Assembly (NCBI GenBank): GCA_017410375.1
Contig: JAFQQW010000051.1
Coordinates: 102,733 to 166,732, forward strand
Direction of reading: 5' to 3'
From: Clostridia bacterium
Lineage (GTDB): Bacteria > Bacillota > Clostridia > RGIG6154
Length of the DNA: 64,000 nt
Shown: positions 20,096-30,645 of the stretch, one piece after another
How the letters are laid out: each line of letters begins with the position of its first letter
Position numbering within the stretch: position 1 is the first letter of the stretch
Program-made: the position numbers and the translations under genes
Notes under the pieces: model-generated
Database searches by the model: none
What the model saw: only the letters and a program-made list of their open reading frames with translations
What the model was told of the DNA's origin: nothing

Positions 20096-21235
20096 TTAAA
20101 ACTCTGTTGACCAATCCTCATTCCAAGGATATGTCATTCTTATAACTTCACCATTTCTCTTTGCAGATTCTTCTGCATAAATTCCCGGCAAAGTCATTGC
20201 AAGTCCTTCTTTAAGAGTAACAGGCATTTTTTCGCCATTAATCAATGCTTTGAAAAAATGTTCTATCATGGCATAGTCTATACCGCCATGACCTGGCAAG
20301 TTCTTTGCATATTCATGATTCTCATATTCAAACGGCAAATATTTTCCGTCCATTTCTTTTGTGACATTTTCAAGTTCTCTGGTAGAATTATAACGAATAA
20401 TTCCCTTTCCGTCAGGGCTTAATATATCCTCTTTTTCCATATAACCTTCAGTGCCAAAAACTCTGTATTTATGATGACCCATTTTTGCAGTGCATCTACC
20501 GTTTCTCATCAGGCGTATAATAACACCAGATTCTGTTTTGAACTGTGCACATTGCATGTCATCGATATCCATGCCATCTTCATACTCGTCAGCGTGCATC
20601 CCTGTACCAAAACAACTTACATATTTAAGCTCTTCTTCCACAATTGTAAGCAATGGTCCTAAAGAATGTGTGCAATATCTGATTGGGCTTAAATGGTTTC
20701 GCCAGTCGGCATTTTTGTATTCAAAAACAGCCTTAGGAAGAGGCCAGTGTATGTATTGACATTCCATACAATACGGCTTTCCAAGTAACCCCTTTTCATA
20801 AAACTCTTTAAGTTTCACGACAAATCTCTGGAAATTTACATTTGAACCTACCATAATATTCGCCTTAGATTCTTTTGCAACCTTCCAGATGTAATCCGCT
20901 TCTTGCAAGCTTGCAACAATTGGAATATCGGATAAAACATTGATGTTCTTTTTCAAAGCTTTGCAACAGAATTCAGTGTGTACCTCTGCTCCCGTTTCTA
21001 CTATAACTGCATCAAGCTCTTCATTTTCAAGCATTTCATCATAACTATTATAAAAGTGAGTATCAGAGAACATATCTGCAAACGGAGCTGCGTGTCCTTG
21101 TTGCTGTTCATACCAAGTATTATCAAACAAGTCGCATGCTGCAACAAATTCAGATATTTCCATAAGTGCAGCCGATTTAGCTAAATTTCTTCCTCTGCCA
21201 CCAAAGCCGACCACGCCAAAACGAACCCTTTTCAT
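20096..21235 (-). CDS. Gfo/Idh/MocA family NAD(P)-dependent oxidoreductase
   Basis: MKRVRFGVVGFGGRGRNLAKS Rossmann N-terminus; RBS AAAGGA; ORF-track start 21313 is likely too far upstream. Confidence 0.8.
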   Translation of the reverse strand: MKRVRFGVVGFGGRGRNLAKSAALMEISEFVAACDLFDNTWYEQQQGHAAPFADMFSDTHFYNSYDEMLENEELDAVIVETGAEVHTEFCCKALKKNINVLSDIPIVASLQEADYIWKVAKESKANIMVGSNVNFQRFVVKLKEFYEKGLLGKPYCMECQYIHWPLPKAVFEYKNADWRNHLSPIRYCTHSLGPLLTIVEEELKYVSCFGTGMHADEYEDGMDIDDMQCAQFKTESGVIIRLMRNGRCTAKMGHHKYRVFGTEGYMEKEDILSPDGKGIIRYNSTRELENVTKEMDGKYLPFEYENHEYAKNLPGHGGIDYAMIEHFFKALINGEKMPVTLKEGLAMTLPGIYAEESAKRNGEVIRMTYPWNEDWSTEF

Positions 21236-21438
21236 ATAATGTATTTCCTTTCTGCAATAAATTTTTAAGTAACAAATGTTTGTTGTAAACAAATTCAAAT
21301 CGCACTTGAACATCTCTTACTTCTCAAATTATAGCAGAACTCCCAATAATTGAACATAGAAAATACCCATATTTTGATGTAAATAACCCACACTAATATT
21401 GCTTTTTTATAAAAATTATGTATAATTAAAATTGGGTG

Positions 21439-22242
21439 ATGAATATGAAAGATATATGCAATTTTATTAATTTCGAAAAATCGGATGACAAAATTAGTTA
21501 TTATCATTTTGTGTATCAAAACGGCACAGGCAGACTCAAACAACCTTTTTACAATCCGTTTTACAGAGTTAATCTTGTAACAAAGGGTACCGGAATTTTA
21601 AAGCAGGCAAATATGGAAATGCAATTGAAAAAGGGCGACTTGTTTTTTACATTTCCTTACATTTCTTATACTTTAAATGAAAGTGAAGACCTTTCATTTT
21701 TATATATTTCATTCGATGGATGTATAGCGGAAAACCTGCTTCGAGATCTGAATATAGACATACATTCAGCGATATATTGCGGATACGAACATTTAATCGC
21801 TTTCTGGATGGAATCAATCAGAAGATTTACAACCTCCAATGCACAAAACTTAACCGATTGCGTTTTTAAATATACACTCAGTTACTTAAGCAAAAATTCT
21901 GAGGAAGAAACAAAAAAAGAAATAAAAATCAAGAATATTATAAATTATATTGAAGCAAATTACGCAACCCCTTCCCTTTCTTTGCAATCGGTTGCAGATA
22001 TGTTTTTTTATAGTGATAAATACTTTTCAGCCGTATTCAAAAAGGAAGTCGGAGTTAATTTTACAGAGTATTTGAACGAAATGCGTATAAATCACGCAAT
22101 AAAAGATATTAAATCAGGAATTACATCTGTTTATGAATTAGCATCAAGCTGCGGATTTGCTGACCAATTCTATTTCTCTAATGTATTCAAAAAATTCACA
22201 GGCGTATCACCGACAGAATATATAAAAAAGAGTCAAAAATAA
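21439..22242 (+). CDS. AraC-family transcriptional regulator (cupin-like N-terminal domain plus C-terminal HTH)
   Basis: C-terminal SVYELASSCGFADQFYFSNVFKKFTGVSPTEY HTH signature; divergent from the oxidoreductase gene. Confidence 0.85.
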   Translation: MNMKDICNFINFEKSDDKISYYHFVYQNGTGRLKQPFYNPFYRVNLVTKGTGILKQANMEMQLKKGDLFFTFPYISYTLNESEDLSFLYISFDGCIAENLLRDLNIDIHSAIYCGYEHLIAFWMESIRRFTTSNAQNLTDCVFKYTLSYLSKNSEEETKKEIKIKNIINYIEANYATPSLSLQSVADMFFYSDKYFSAVFKKEVGVNFTEYLNEMRINHAIKDIKSGITSVYELASSCGFADQFYFSNVFKKFTGVSPTEYIKKSQK

Positions 22243-22261
22243 ATTTCAGGGAGATTTTTAA

Positions 22262-23380
22262 ATGTCAAATGCAAAAAACATACCGGCAGACATTCTTGTA
22301 AATCAAAAGCAAGAAAAATATTCGGAAGGCATAAGAAAATTTCAAGGATGCCCCACTATTGCTGTAACAAAAGGCGGTCGTCTGTTTGCAGGTTGGTACA
22401 GTGGTGGGATTTGTGAGCCTCATATTGAAAACTACAACTTAATTGTATACAGCGACGATAAAGGAAAAACATGGTCAGAGCCTATTGTGATAATACCGAG
22501 TAATGAAGAGAAAATGTTTCAGGCACTTGATATTCAGTTGTGGATTTCTCCTGACGGAAATCTTCATGTGTTCTGGGTACAGAATGATGTTACGAAAGCT
22601 AACGAAAAGTATTGTACAGATGAATATAAAGGAAAACGAGGTTTTACAACAGATGACGGACATCTTTGTGTAGGTGGTTACTATTTTGATGATAAAGTTC
22701 ATGCTTGTTGGAACATGGTATGTGAAAACCCTGACGATAATGAAATCAAATTTTCAAAGCCAAGATGTATAGGAACAGGTTTTTTAAGATGCAAACCTTT
22801 AATTACCCGAAACAAAGAATGGGTATTATTTAACTATGATCAAACTAACGAAAATTATGGTTATTCGGTATCTTTAGATAACGGCAAAACCTTTGAAAGA
22901 AGATATGGTGCGAAAAAAATTGAAACACCTTTTGATGAAACTATGGCGTATCAAAAGGATGACGGCGAAATTAGAATGTTTGCAAGAAGTACTGTAGGCG
23001 AAATCGCAGAAAGCAGCACATATGATTTAATCAACTGGACAAAAGCTAAAAAAACCGGAATAATTAGTCCTAATACAAGATTTTACATTCAAAAATTGAA
23101 ATCAGGGCGAATCTTGCTTGTAAACAATGACCACAGCAAAATAAGAACCAACATGAGTATTTATTTATCCGAAGACGACGGAAAAACATTTAAATACAAA
23201 TATATGCTGGATGATGTGGGTGAAACAAGCTATCCCGATGTCGATGTTTTATACGACGAAATTTTTCTTGTTTATGACAGAGGCAGATGCAAAGAAAAAG
23301 AAATTTTGTTTACTAAATTTACAGAAAACGACATAATAAATAATAATCCTATTTCTGTATCAATCATCAGCAAGCCATAA
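22262..23380 (+). CDS. BNR/Asp-box repeat protein, sialidase-like (GH33 superfamily) glycoside hydrolase without a signal peptide
   Basis: Asp-box motifs SDDKGKTWSEP, SLDNGKTF and SEDDGKTF; RBS CAGGGAG. Confidence 0.7.
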   Translation: MSNAKNIPADILVNQKQEKYSEGIRKFQGCPTIAVTKGGRLFAGWYSGGICEPHIENYNLIVYSDDKGKTWSEPIVIIPSNEEKMFQALDIQLWISPDGNLHVFWVQNDVTKANEKYCTDEYKGKRGFTTDDGHLCVGGYYFDDKVHACWNMVCENPDDNEIKFSKPRCIGTGFLRCKPLITRNKEWVLFNYDQTNENYGYSVSLDNGKTFERRYGAKKIETPFDETMAYQKDDGEIRMFARSTVGEIAESSTYDLINWTKAKKTGIISPNTRFYIQKLKSGRILLVNNDHSKIRTNMSIYLSEDDGKTFKYKYMLDDVGETSYPDVDVLYDEIFLVYDRGRCKEKEILFTKFTENDIINNNPISVSIISKP

Positions 23381-23431
23381 TCAATAATTTCAAATACAAA
23401 AATTCTGCACAAAAGAAGGAGAATGTATATC

Positions 23432-26400
23432 ATGACAAAAAGAGGACTAACCTTATTGTTGGCATTGCTTATGTTTATACCTTTAGTAGGAACACCGGTT
23501 TTTGCTGAAGAAGACGGAATTATAGTTACGCCAACTACTGACAATTGTATTGAATTTTCAGGTTGGACCGGTTCATCAAGTTTGAAGAGATATGACGGAA
23601 AAACCAGTTCACCTATTGGTGGAGGTACAGCAAAATTTGAAGTCCCTTCAACACTCAACGGATGGACAACACTTTATTACTGGATCCCTAAATATGCAAG
23701 CGGGTATACTGAGAACATTAATTGCACAATAGGTCTTGAAATTATCACAGCAAATGGTCAGATTCGTAAATTTGCCAAAAAAATAGTAAGTGGCAATGGC
23801 GGTGAATGGCTTGAAATTGCAACTGCTTATTTTTCATCTGTCGAAACCGAATACATAAACGTAACAGGTAATACTTCGGGTCAAAACAGACTTACAGATG
23901 TTAAGTTTGTAAATGGTGCAAAGGCCGCATATCACATTCTACCTGATCTTTTTTCAGAAACAGGCAGTTGGTCCTGCTCCTCATATCCTAAAAACGGTGC
24001 CTATCAGGACAAAGTTATGGTTTCTACCTATGCAAATGAACACCCTGCAATAATAATTGGCGAAAATCTTATTCCCGGAAATTACTATGTCTATGTTCAT
24101 TCCGTCGACTGTGATTATTCCACCGGCGACAGAGCGTTTTATCTTGAAATAAACGGACAAGCAGTTTATAAGCTTAACGAAACAGCATCAAAATCAAGAT
24201 ATTTCGGTACCCACCTTGTTGGCACTGACATTGAAAACAGTCAACCAAATTCTGCCGAAGCTATCCCATATTTTGATTGGGAACAAATGACAGCACCTTC
24301 AAAAACAATAACTGTAGGCGAAGATGGGAAACTTGAACTTAAAGTTCATGCTCTGTCAGGATTTGCAAGATTTGACACAATTGTTATAACGCAGGACGAA
24401 AATTTTGACAAAACCCTTACGGGTGAAATGGGAATTTATTGTGCAGAACCTTTCCCCGCAATTACCCCATACAGTGACCGTATTCAATTCCCTAAAAAAT
24501 ATATGGGAAACTTAACTTCCGTAGATTTATGTGCAACTCTTTCAAACAGCCATACAACGATATCTTTCAGAAAAGGTATAACTGAAAGTGGCGAAACTGT
24601 TGTTCAAAGAAAAGTTGTAACAGATGATGTCGTTACCATTCCTTATGAAAACGGATTCGGTGTGATGTCACTTTTTGCAACAAAAGCAACAGGCTACAAT
24701 TATAGCGGATACTACGGTCAATTTCAAACCGAATATCCCTCCGAACAATCGGGAATTTTGCGTATAAACGATCAGAATGTATTCCGTTCAGGTATACCAG
24801 AATGGATTATTCCTGAAACTCTTGAACAGATAAACGAAAACACCGTTAAAATGACAGCTGACGGAACATACGCTTCGCTTGTTATGGTGTGGACCCTTGA
24901 AGAAAATGATTTAGAGCCTAAAGTTACGGTTACTGCGACCGCAAAACAAGACGGTGAACTTTCGTTTGGTTTCTTCAACGAGGTTCAGGAAATTGCAAGA
25001 GACAAAGTGGGCTATGTTCTTAACCCTTACAGATGGCAAGAAAGCAGATTACCTGACCCCGGAGTTACAATAACAGAAACTAACTCAACCACCGACCACA
25101 CTCAAATGACCTATAAAATGAATGAAAAAGGTCAGGAAATTTCACTCGGTGTTGCGGTTGACAGATCATCAATAGATTTAACAGTTCCTGTTGAAGGCTC
25201 AGAGTATGAAACAGGTAGATGGCCGCACGATACAGCTGAATACACCTTTACAAAAGAGTGGAACGAAGATAAGCTCCCTGACGGAACATATAAAAGCACT
25301 TACCTTGATTATAAAGAAGAAAATGCAGACTTTGTAATGAACACCACAGGTGAAAACGGCGGAGTTCTTCCTGCAATTTTTGCTCCTAAAATGGCAAGTA
25401 TTGACTCTTCTTTCAAAACGGGAGATACATACACTTTCTCTTACAGACCCTTGTCAATCGTATCAACATTAGGTGAAAACAGAGGATGGTACGATATGTA
25501 CAAACACGTAGCACAGGACTTAAGAGGTGTTTACGACTACCGTGACAATTACTATTCATCTATGACAGATGCCGCGTTCAACATTCTGAATTTCTTAAAG
25601 GACGATGAGGCAAGCGGTTGGGACTCTAATATGATTGGTCACTATAATATCGAAGACTCAAACTGGGTAACAAACTCTAATGGTCTTTCGTATCTTCAGA
25701 ATTACCTTCTTACCGAAGACTATGACCTTTTAATGAGAAGAACTCTCCCGTCAATGGGTTCAATGCTCACAAGAAGCAATTCACATATTCATAGCAGATT
25801 TTCAATAAGAAGTGAGTCAGAAGGACCTATCAACAAAGAACTTGAGTACACTCCTATCGGCATGGGTAACGCTGCATTTGAGGGTGCATATCTTATGAGC
25901 AGAGGCCAGATGCCTGTTTACAGAAATATCGCAAAGAGCAGATTCATGAATACCAATGTTGAATCTGCAGGAATGAATCTTAAAAACACCACCGACTACT
26001 ATTGGTACGAGCGTGCGAACGGCTCTGAAACCTTCCCTCTTGCAATTGCCAATGCAGACGAATATCTAATCAAGCGTTCATTTCTTTCAAGTGATAAAAC
26101 TCCCGACCTTGAAAGTTTCATTAACATAAGCTACACTCCACAGTTTCAGGCACAGCTTGATGCGTATGAAATTACAGGTGATACAAAATATCTTGAAGGT
26201 GCAGTTGAAGGTGCAAGAAGATTTTTGCCTTCACTCAGAATCACCGATATTCCCGAAAGCAAAGATGTTTTATGGATTGAAAACACAGAGCAATTAGTGG
26301 CTGAAGACAAGCAAAGACGCAGCAGTGCCTGGTCTATAGCAGACAGAAGATACCGCAGAGGTGCTCTTATGGAAGCAACCGGAAGCACAATATCCGAAAA

Positions 26401-28423
26401 CGGTTCTGTCTACAACGAATACATCATCAAAGGTTATGATGAAAACTACATGAATGTCCGTGATATGACACAACCATATCCTGCATGGGTAACTTCAAGA
26501 ACCGGTCTTGGTGTTGAGCAATTTTCGACCTGTTTAGAAGGTGCAAACATTACAATGTCAACTTGGGCAGGCGATGTTTTAAGACTTGGTTATCTTTCTG
26601 GCGATGAGCTTATGATGGACCTTGCGCGTTCCTCGTTGGTAGGTAGATTTGCAAATTATCCAGGATATTACATCAGAAACTACACAACCATTTACGGTCT
26701 TGAAAATTATCCTACAGAGGCATTCGACAGCACATACCTTTATTTTCACCACGCACCTGTATTACTCTCAGCAATTCACGACTATCTTTTTTCAAATGCT
26801 TATGTAAAATCCGACGGAAAGGTAAACTTTCCCAATACGAGAATTCAGGGCTATGCATGGTTTAACAACAGAATGTATGGTCATGAGCCCGGCGTAATTT
26901 ATGATGAAAAGGAAATGTGGCCCTGGCTTAAAGAAGGCACAATTGAAGTTTCATCAAAGCAGATTGACTGGATTGCAGGAAGAAACGAAGGCAGAGCGGC
27001 ATTTGTTCTGACCAATGCAGGTGATAACACAGAAAATATAACAGTTGCATTTAACGCAGACCTCGGTATAAAAAACGGAGCAGTTGCAACCATTTACGAC
27101 AAAACCGGCAACGCGGCAACTACTGTCGTAAAAGATAACAAGCTCACTGTTGCAATTCCTGAAAAGGGAATTGTGACAGTTGCAGTATCCGGTTCCGGCA
27201 TCCACATGCCCGAATACGCCAAAATAGTATTCAACGAAACAGCGCAGAACGAATTGGGCACCTCTGCTCTCGGTCTTATGTACGAAGGAAGAGATTATGA
27301 ACAAAGTTACTCCATACAGCCAAACAATAGCTATACATTCACTTATGACATCGATAAAGGCTACGATGTTAAAGCGTATGCACTTGCACTTGCACCCGAC
27401 AACTATATGGGTTACATCTTTGTGGGCGGACGTTCAGCAGAACAATATGAATTCATAAACGAACAAGGCGAAAAGGCAGTCGGTGGCGGCGACGGGAACA
27501 AAGGCATTATAAAAACCACTCTCAAATGGCGTTTTGAGGGAGAAAGTGATATTAAAACAGAAATTGACGAAAACTTTCCCTACGAATTTTTCATTCCGGT
27601 TACTGACAGAAACAAAAAAATCGTATTTAATGTTGAAACCGAATACCAAGACGGTATTAAAACGCTTGACAAAGAATACACCATCGCTCCACAGGAAATT
27701 ACAGTTTATGAACCCCAAAAATATACGTTTGAGCCGATATCTATGTCTATTGTAAGCAATCTCGGTGGTGTAAGTTCGCCACTTACAACCGGAAAAAGCA
27801 AATATTGTATTCAAAATCAAAGCATCAGCTTTTTCCCGTTCAATGCTACTGCACAAAATGCACTTAAAGACTGTTACTTAAGCGGTTACCTGAAAGTAAA
27901 AGACTTAACCAGCACTACCGATGTTATAGAAAAAGGATATGTACTTTTTGACAATGTTCCCATCGTAAACAGTGTAATAAACACCTCTGCGAGCAACAGA
28001 CTTGATTTTTCCGTAAACGACATCATCTACACAGACATACCGGAAAACACCCATGAATACAAAAACGGCACATATATAGGGGCACTTCAGGGAACAGTTG
28101 TGGGTCTATCAGAACACACAGATGCCTATGAATGGGGAAATCTCTACATAACAAACGCAGATTCTAAAAAAGGCTTGCAGTTTACCAGAAACGGAAACAC
28201 CTATACCCTTTCAAATGATGGTGCTTGCTGTCTGTTTGTTGCGGTCGCTACATACAGTGACCAAAACCAAATGCTTGATGCACGGATCGAACAGGTAATC
28301 GTGAGTATTAACAACAGTAAATCATACACCATTTCCAACAACCAGAAACTCTTTGTATGGGAATGCGATGTAAACAAAGGTACTTCACTATGCCCCGTTT
28401 TTTCAAGCAAATCCGCACAATAA
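23432..28423 (+). CDS. Giant secreted protein (1663 aa from ATG 23432) with an N-terminal CBM-like domain and the uncharacterized ~850-aa core shared with the 1798-aa protein
   Basis: RBS AAGGAGA; signal peptide MTKRGLTLLLALLMFIPLVGTPVFA; FARFDTIVITQD motif; long collinear similarity to 14665-20061. Confidence 0.85.
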   Translation: MTKRGLTLLLALLMFIPLVGTPVFAEEDGIIVTPTTDNCIEFSGWTGSSSLKRYDGKTSSPIGGGTAKFEVPSTLNGWTTLYYWIPKYASGYTENINCTIGLEIITANGQIRKFAKKIVSGNGGEWLEIATAYFSSVETEYINVTGNTSGQNRLTDVKFVNGAKAAYHILPDLFSETGSWSCSSYPKNGAYQDKVMVSTYANEHPAIIIGENLIPGNYYVYVHSVDCDYSTGDRAFYLEINGQAVYKLNETASKSRYFGTHLVGTDIENSQPNSAEAIPYFDWEQMTAPSKTITVGEDGKLELKVHALSGFARFDTIVITQDENFDKTLTGEMGIYCAEPFPAITPYSDRIQFPKKYMGNLTSVDLCATLSNSHTTISFRKGITESGETVVQRKVVTDDVVTIPYENGFGVMSLFATKATGYNYSGYYGQFQTEYPSEQSGILRINDQNVFRSGIPEWIIPETLEQINENTVKMTADGTYASLVMVWTLEENDLEPKVTVTATAKQDGELSFGFFNEVQEIARDKVGYVLNPYRWQESRLPDPGVTITETNSTTDHTQMTYKMNEKGQEISLGVAVDRSSIDLTVPVEGSEYETGRWPHDTAEYTFTKEWNEDKLPDGTYKSTYLDYKEENADFVMNTTGENGGVLPAIFAPKMASIDSSFKTGDTYTFSYRPLSIVSTLGENRGWYDMYKHVAQDLRGVYDYRDNYYSSMTDAAFNILNFLKDDEASGWDSNMIGHYNIEDSNWVTNSNGLSYLQNYLLTEDYDLLMRRTLPSMGSMLTRSNSHIHSRFSIRSESEGPINKELEYTPIGMGNAAFEGAYLMSRGQMPVYRNIAKSRFMNTNVESAGMNLKNTTDYYWYERANGSETFPLAIANADEYLIKRSFLSSDKTPDLESFINISYTPQFQAQLDAYEITGDTKYLEGAVEGARRFLPSLRITDIPESKDVLWIENTEQLVAEDKQRRSSAWSIADRRYRRGALMEATGSTISENGSVYNEYIIKGYDENYMNVRDMTQPYPAWVTSRTGLGVEQFSTCLEGANITMSTWAGDVLRLGYLSGDELMMDLARSSLVGRFANYPGYYIRNYTTIYGLENYPTEAFDSTYLYFHHAPVLLSAIHDYLFSNAYVKSDGKVNFPNTRIQGYAWFNNRMYGHEPGVIYDEKEMWPWLKEGTIEVSSKQIDWIAGRNEGRAAFVLTNAGDNTENITVAFNADLGIKNGAVATIYDKTGNAATTVVKDNKLTVAIPEKGIVTVAVSGSGIHMPEYAKIVFNETAQNELGTSALGLMYEGRDYEQSYSIQPNNSYTFTYDIDKGYDVKAYALALAPDNYMGYIFVGGRSAEQYEFINEQGEKAVGGGDGNKGIIKTTLKWRFEGESDIKTEIDENFPYEFFIPVTDRNKKIVFNVETEYQDGIKTLDKEYTIAPQEITVYEPQKYTFEPISMSIVSNLGGVSSPLTTGKSKYCIQNQSISFFPFNATAQNALKDCYLSGYLKVKDLTSTTDVIEKGYVLFDNVPIVNSVINTSASNRLDFSVNDIIYTDIPENTHEYKNGTYIGALQGTVVGLSEHTDAYEWGNLYITNADSKKGLQFTRNGNTYTLSNDGACCLFVAVATYSDQNQMLDARIEQVIVSINNSKSYTISNNQKLFVWECDVNKGTSLCPVFSSKSAQ

Positions 28424-28444
28424 ATAGCTCCTGCCAAACCAAAT

Positions 28445-28476
28445 CGCCACCTGTTAATTTTCGGGTGGCGTTTTTC
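28445..28476 (+). terminator. Rho-independent terminator after the 1666-aa gene (cgccacc-N12-ggtggcg plus TTTTT)
   Basis: 7-bp GC-rich stem followed by T5. Confidence 0.7.
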
Positions 28477-28594
28477 TATGCTCAAAATTCTATCATTTAA
28501 AAGCAATTTTCCAAATGATACATCCTATGGATTCATCAGAAAAAATAACAAACCGATAGCTGATTTAGTATCAACTATCGGTTCTTTTTGTTAC

Positions 28595-28890
28595 TCATGT
28601 ATTCAGTTTATAAACATCCTCAATGGCTTTTTGAGAACGGATGGCATCCTCTGCCGGAATGGGAACGTCGCATTCACCCAAGACCGCTTTGCCGAAGGCT
28701 TCTATTTCTTTGGTGTACATATTTCCGAAAGTAACCTCTAACGGAACGGGTACAACCATGCTTCGGTTCTGGTCGGCATCATAACCGCCTGCATCCGAAA
28801 CGGCAAGAACTTCAACACGTCCCTCTTCCACTTGCAATAATGTGCCCTTGGCAACCACTGAGCCTTTTGCACCGTAAAAAGAAAGACTTC
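28595..28890 (-). pseudogene. C-terminal fragment of a Gfo/Idh/MocA oxidoreductase (truncated remnant)
   Basis: Only ~95 aa (…EIEAFGKAVLGECDVPIPAEDAIRSQKAIEDVYKLNT) resemble the family C-terminus; the upstream part of the ORF is antisense to the AraC fragment. Confidence 0.5.
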
Positions 28891-28895
28891 TCACC

Positions 28896-29387
28896 ATGAA
28901 AAAATATCGCGACGAGCTTCCGCTATATAATTTAGAACAAATTAAAAGCATTTCCAATATTGCGCAGCTTCTTGTCAAGCACATTCTGCTGGAAAACATG
29001 CTTACTCCCGAATATGATGAAAACATAAGCGAAGCTGTCTGTTATATCCACGAAAATCTAAAGACGCCTCTTACAATTCAGGACATTGCCCAAAGTGCCA
29101 ACATTTCCAAAAGTGCACTATACCGCAATTTTCACATTTCTTTTGGTTGTACCGTAATTGAACATGTGACCAAAAAGCACATTGAAAAAGCCATAGAGCT
29201 GATGCGCGAAGAAAAACTGACTATTGAAGAGCTTGCTCTGCGGATAGGCTTTTCAAGTAGTTCCTATTTCAGTAAAATGTTCAAAAAAGTAACAGGGGTT
29301 TCTCCGTTGAAATATTATAGGGTACATTTTACATGGTTGCTCCATAAATTTAGCGATTTTCTTAAAAATTTGACGATTACCCCATAA
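28896..29387 (+). pseudogene. AraC-family HTH domain fragment without N-terminal sensor domain and without RBS; reads through into the repeat element
   Basis: Complete AraC HTH (…IAQSANISKSALYRNF…IGFSSSSYFSKMFKKVTGVSPLKYYR); abuts the oxidoreductase fragment at 28890/28896 with no promoter space. Confidence 0.5.
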
Positions 29388-29604
29388 GTTTCACGATTAC
29401 TCAAAAATTTCACGATTACCCCATAAGTTTGACGATTACCCTATAAATTTCACGATTTGAATATAAAAAAATAACCGCTACCCGGAATTTTACGCTCGGA
29501 TAGCGGTGTTTTTATGTTTGAAATTATAATGAGAAACCTGGAAATGGCTTAAATAAAAGCAAAAATAAAAGGACAACAATTCTATCAAAGTTGTTGTCCT
29601 TATG

Positions 29605-29608
<4 letters not shown>
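29336..29608. repeat. Composite repeat element copy 2: 20-bp tandem array (about 6 units, 29344-29460), bidirectional terminator (29473-29513), A-rich spacer, tRNA-operon terminator hairpin (29553-29599)
   Basis: Homologous to 10261-10585 in the same orientation; ends exactly at the 3' CCA of tRNA-His. Confidence 0.8.
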
Positions 29609-29682
<74 letters not shown>

Positions 29683-29724
29683 ATATATAAAGCCTTTTTT
29701 TAAAAAAAGGCTTTTTTGTAAAAA

Positions 29725-29803
<79 letters not shown>

Positions 29804-29808
29804 ATTTA

Positions 29809-29882
29809 TGGAGCGGGTGATGGGAATCGAACCCACACGACCAGCTTGGAAGGCTGGGGTTCTACCACTGAACTACACCCGC
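29809..29882 (-). tRNA. tRNA-Gly (anticodon TCC), CCA encoded
   Basis: GCGGGTG acceptor stem; anticodon loop CTTCCAA; T-loop TTCGATTC. Confidence 0.85.
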
Positions 29883-29966
29883 ATTCTTGCGACGTGAATT
29901 ATTATACCAAATTCACGTCGTTTTGTCAAGTCTTTTTTTGCATTTTTTGAAAATAAAATATGATTT

Positions 29967-30596
29967 TTAGTCCAGTGCTTCGAGGATATACGGATTTTCT
30001 GCAAGTTCCTCTGCAATGGTCGTAATTTCACCATGTCCGGGGTAAACCGTAAGCTCTCCGGGCAAGGTTGCAATCTTGTCCCGGAGGGTTTTTGTCATAG
30101 CCGACAAACTACCACCCGGCAGATCTACACGTCCGATGCTTCTGCGGAACAGAGTATCCCCTGCAAACAGCGCATCCTCGCAGATAAAGCAACAGCTTCC
30201 CTTGGTGTGACCGGGTGTATGTATAACGGTGAAGGTTAAGTCACCGAAATTAAGCTTTGCACCGTCTTCAAAGTAGGCATCCGCCTCAAATTCGTCGTCT
30301 GTACCGAAATCAAAAATACCCTGTTGCTCTTCTTCTTTGAGCATTTTACGGTCATCGTAATGAATATAAACCGGCAAGGGCTCATATCTTTCCTTCAAGG
30401 CTACAACCGCACCCGTATGGTCAAAATGACCGTGGGTCAGCAAAATTGCTTTCGGTTCCAGATCGTTTTCCGCGATAAAATCTGCAATGGTTTCGCTGTC
30501 ATCGCCGGGATCGACAATCACACACTCTCCCGCTTCGTCATACACAATGTAACAGTTTTCCTCCAGGACGCCTGTTACAATTATACTAAAATCCAT
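29967..30596 (-). CDS. MBL-fold metallo-hydrolase (hydroxyacylglutathione hydrolase-like)
   Basis: HGHFDHTGA and GDTLF motifs. Confidence 0.8.
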   Translation of the reverse strand: MDFSIIVTGVLEENCYIVYDEAGECVIVDPGDDSETIADFIAENDLEPKAILLTHGHFDHTGAVVALKERYEPLPVYIHYDDRKMLKEEEQQGIFDFGTDDEFEADAYFEDGAKLNFGDLTFTVIHTPGHTKGSCCFICEDALFAGDTLFRRSIGRVDLPGGSLSAMTKTLRDKIATLPGELTVYPGHGEITTIAEELAENPYILEALD

Positions 30597-30645
30597 CTCT
30601 TTTCTCCTTAATTTTTTAAAGGGGTTTTATTTATTAATACTTTCC

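Noticed and set aside
20096-21313. Oxidoreductase start at 21313 (ORF-track maximal ORF)
   Set aside because: An internal ATG at 21235 is preceded by an AAAGGA RBS and begins the Rossmann motif MKRVRFGVVGFGG. The upstream 26 codons lack an RBS
28478-28741. Plus-strand 87-aa ORF downstream of the 1666-aa gene
   Set aside because: It lies after the terminator, antisense to the oxidoreductase remnant, with no RBS
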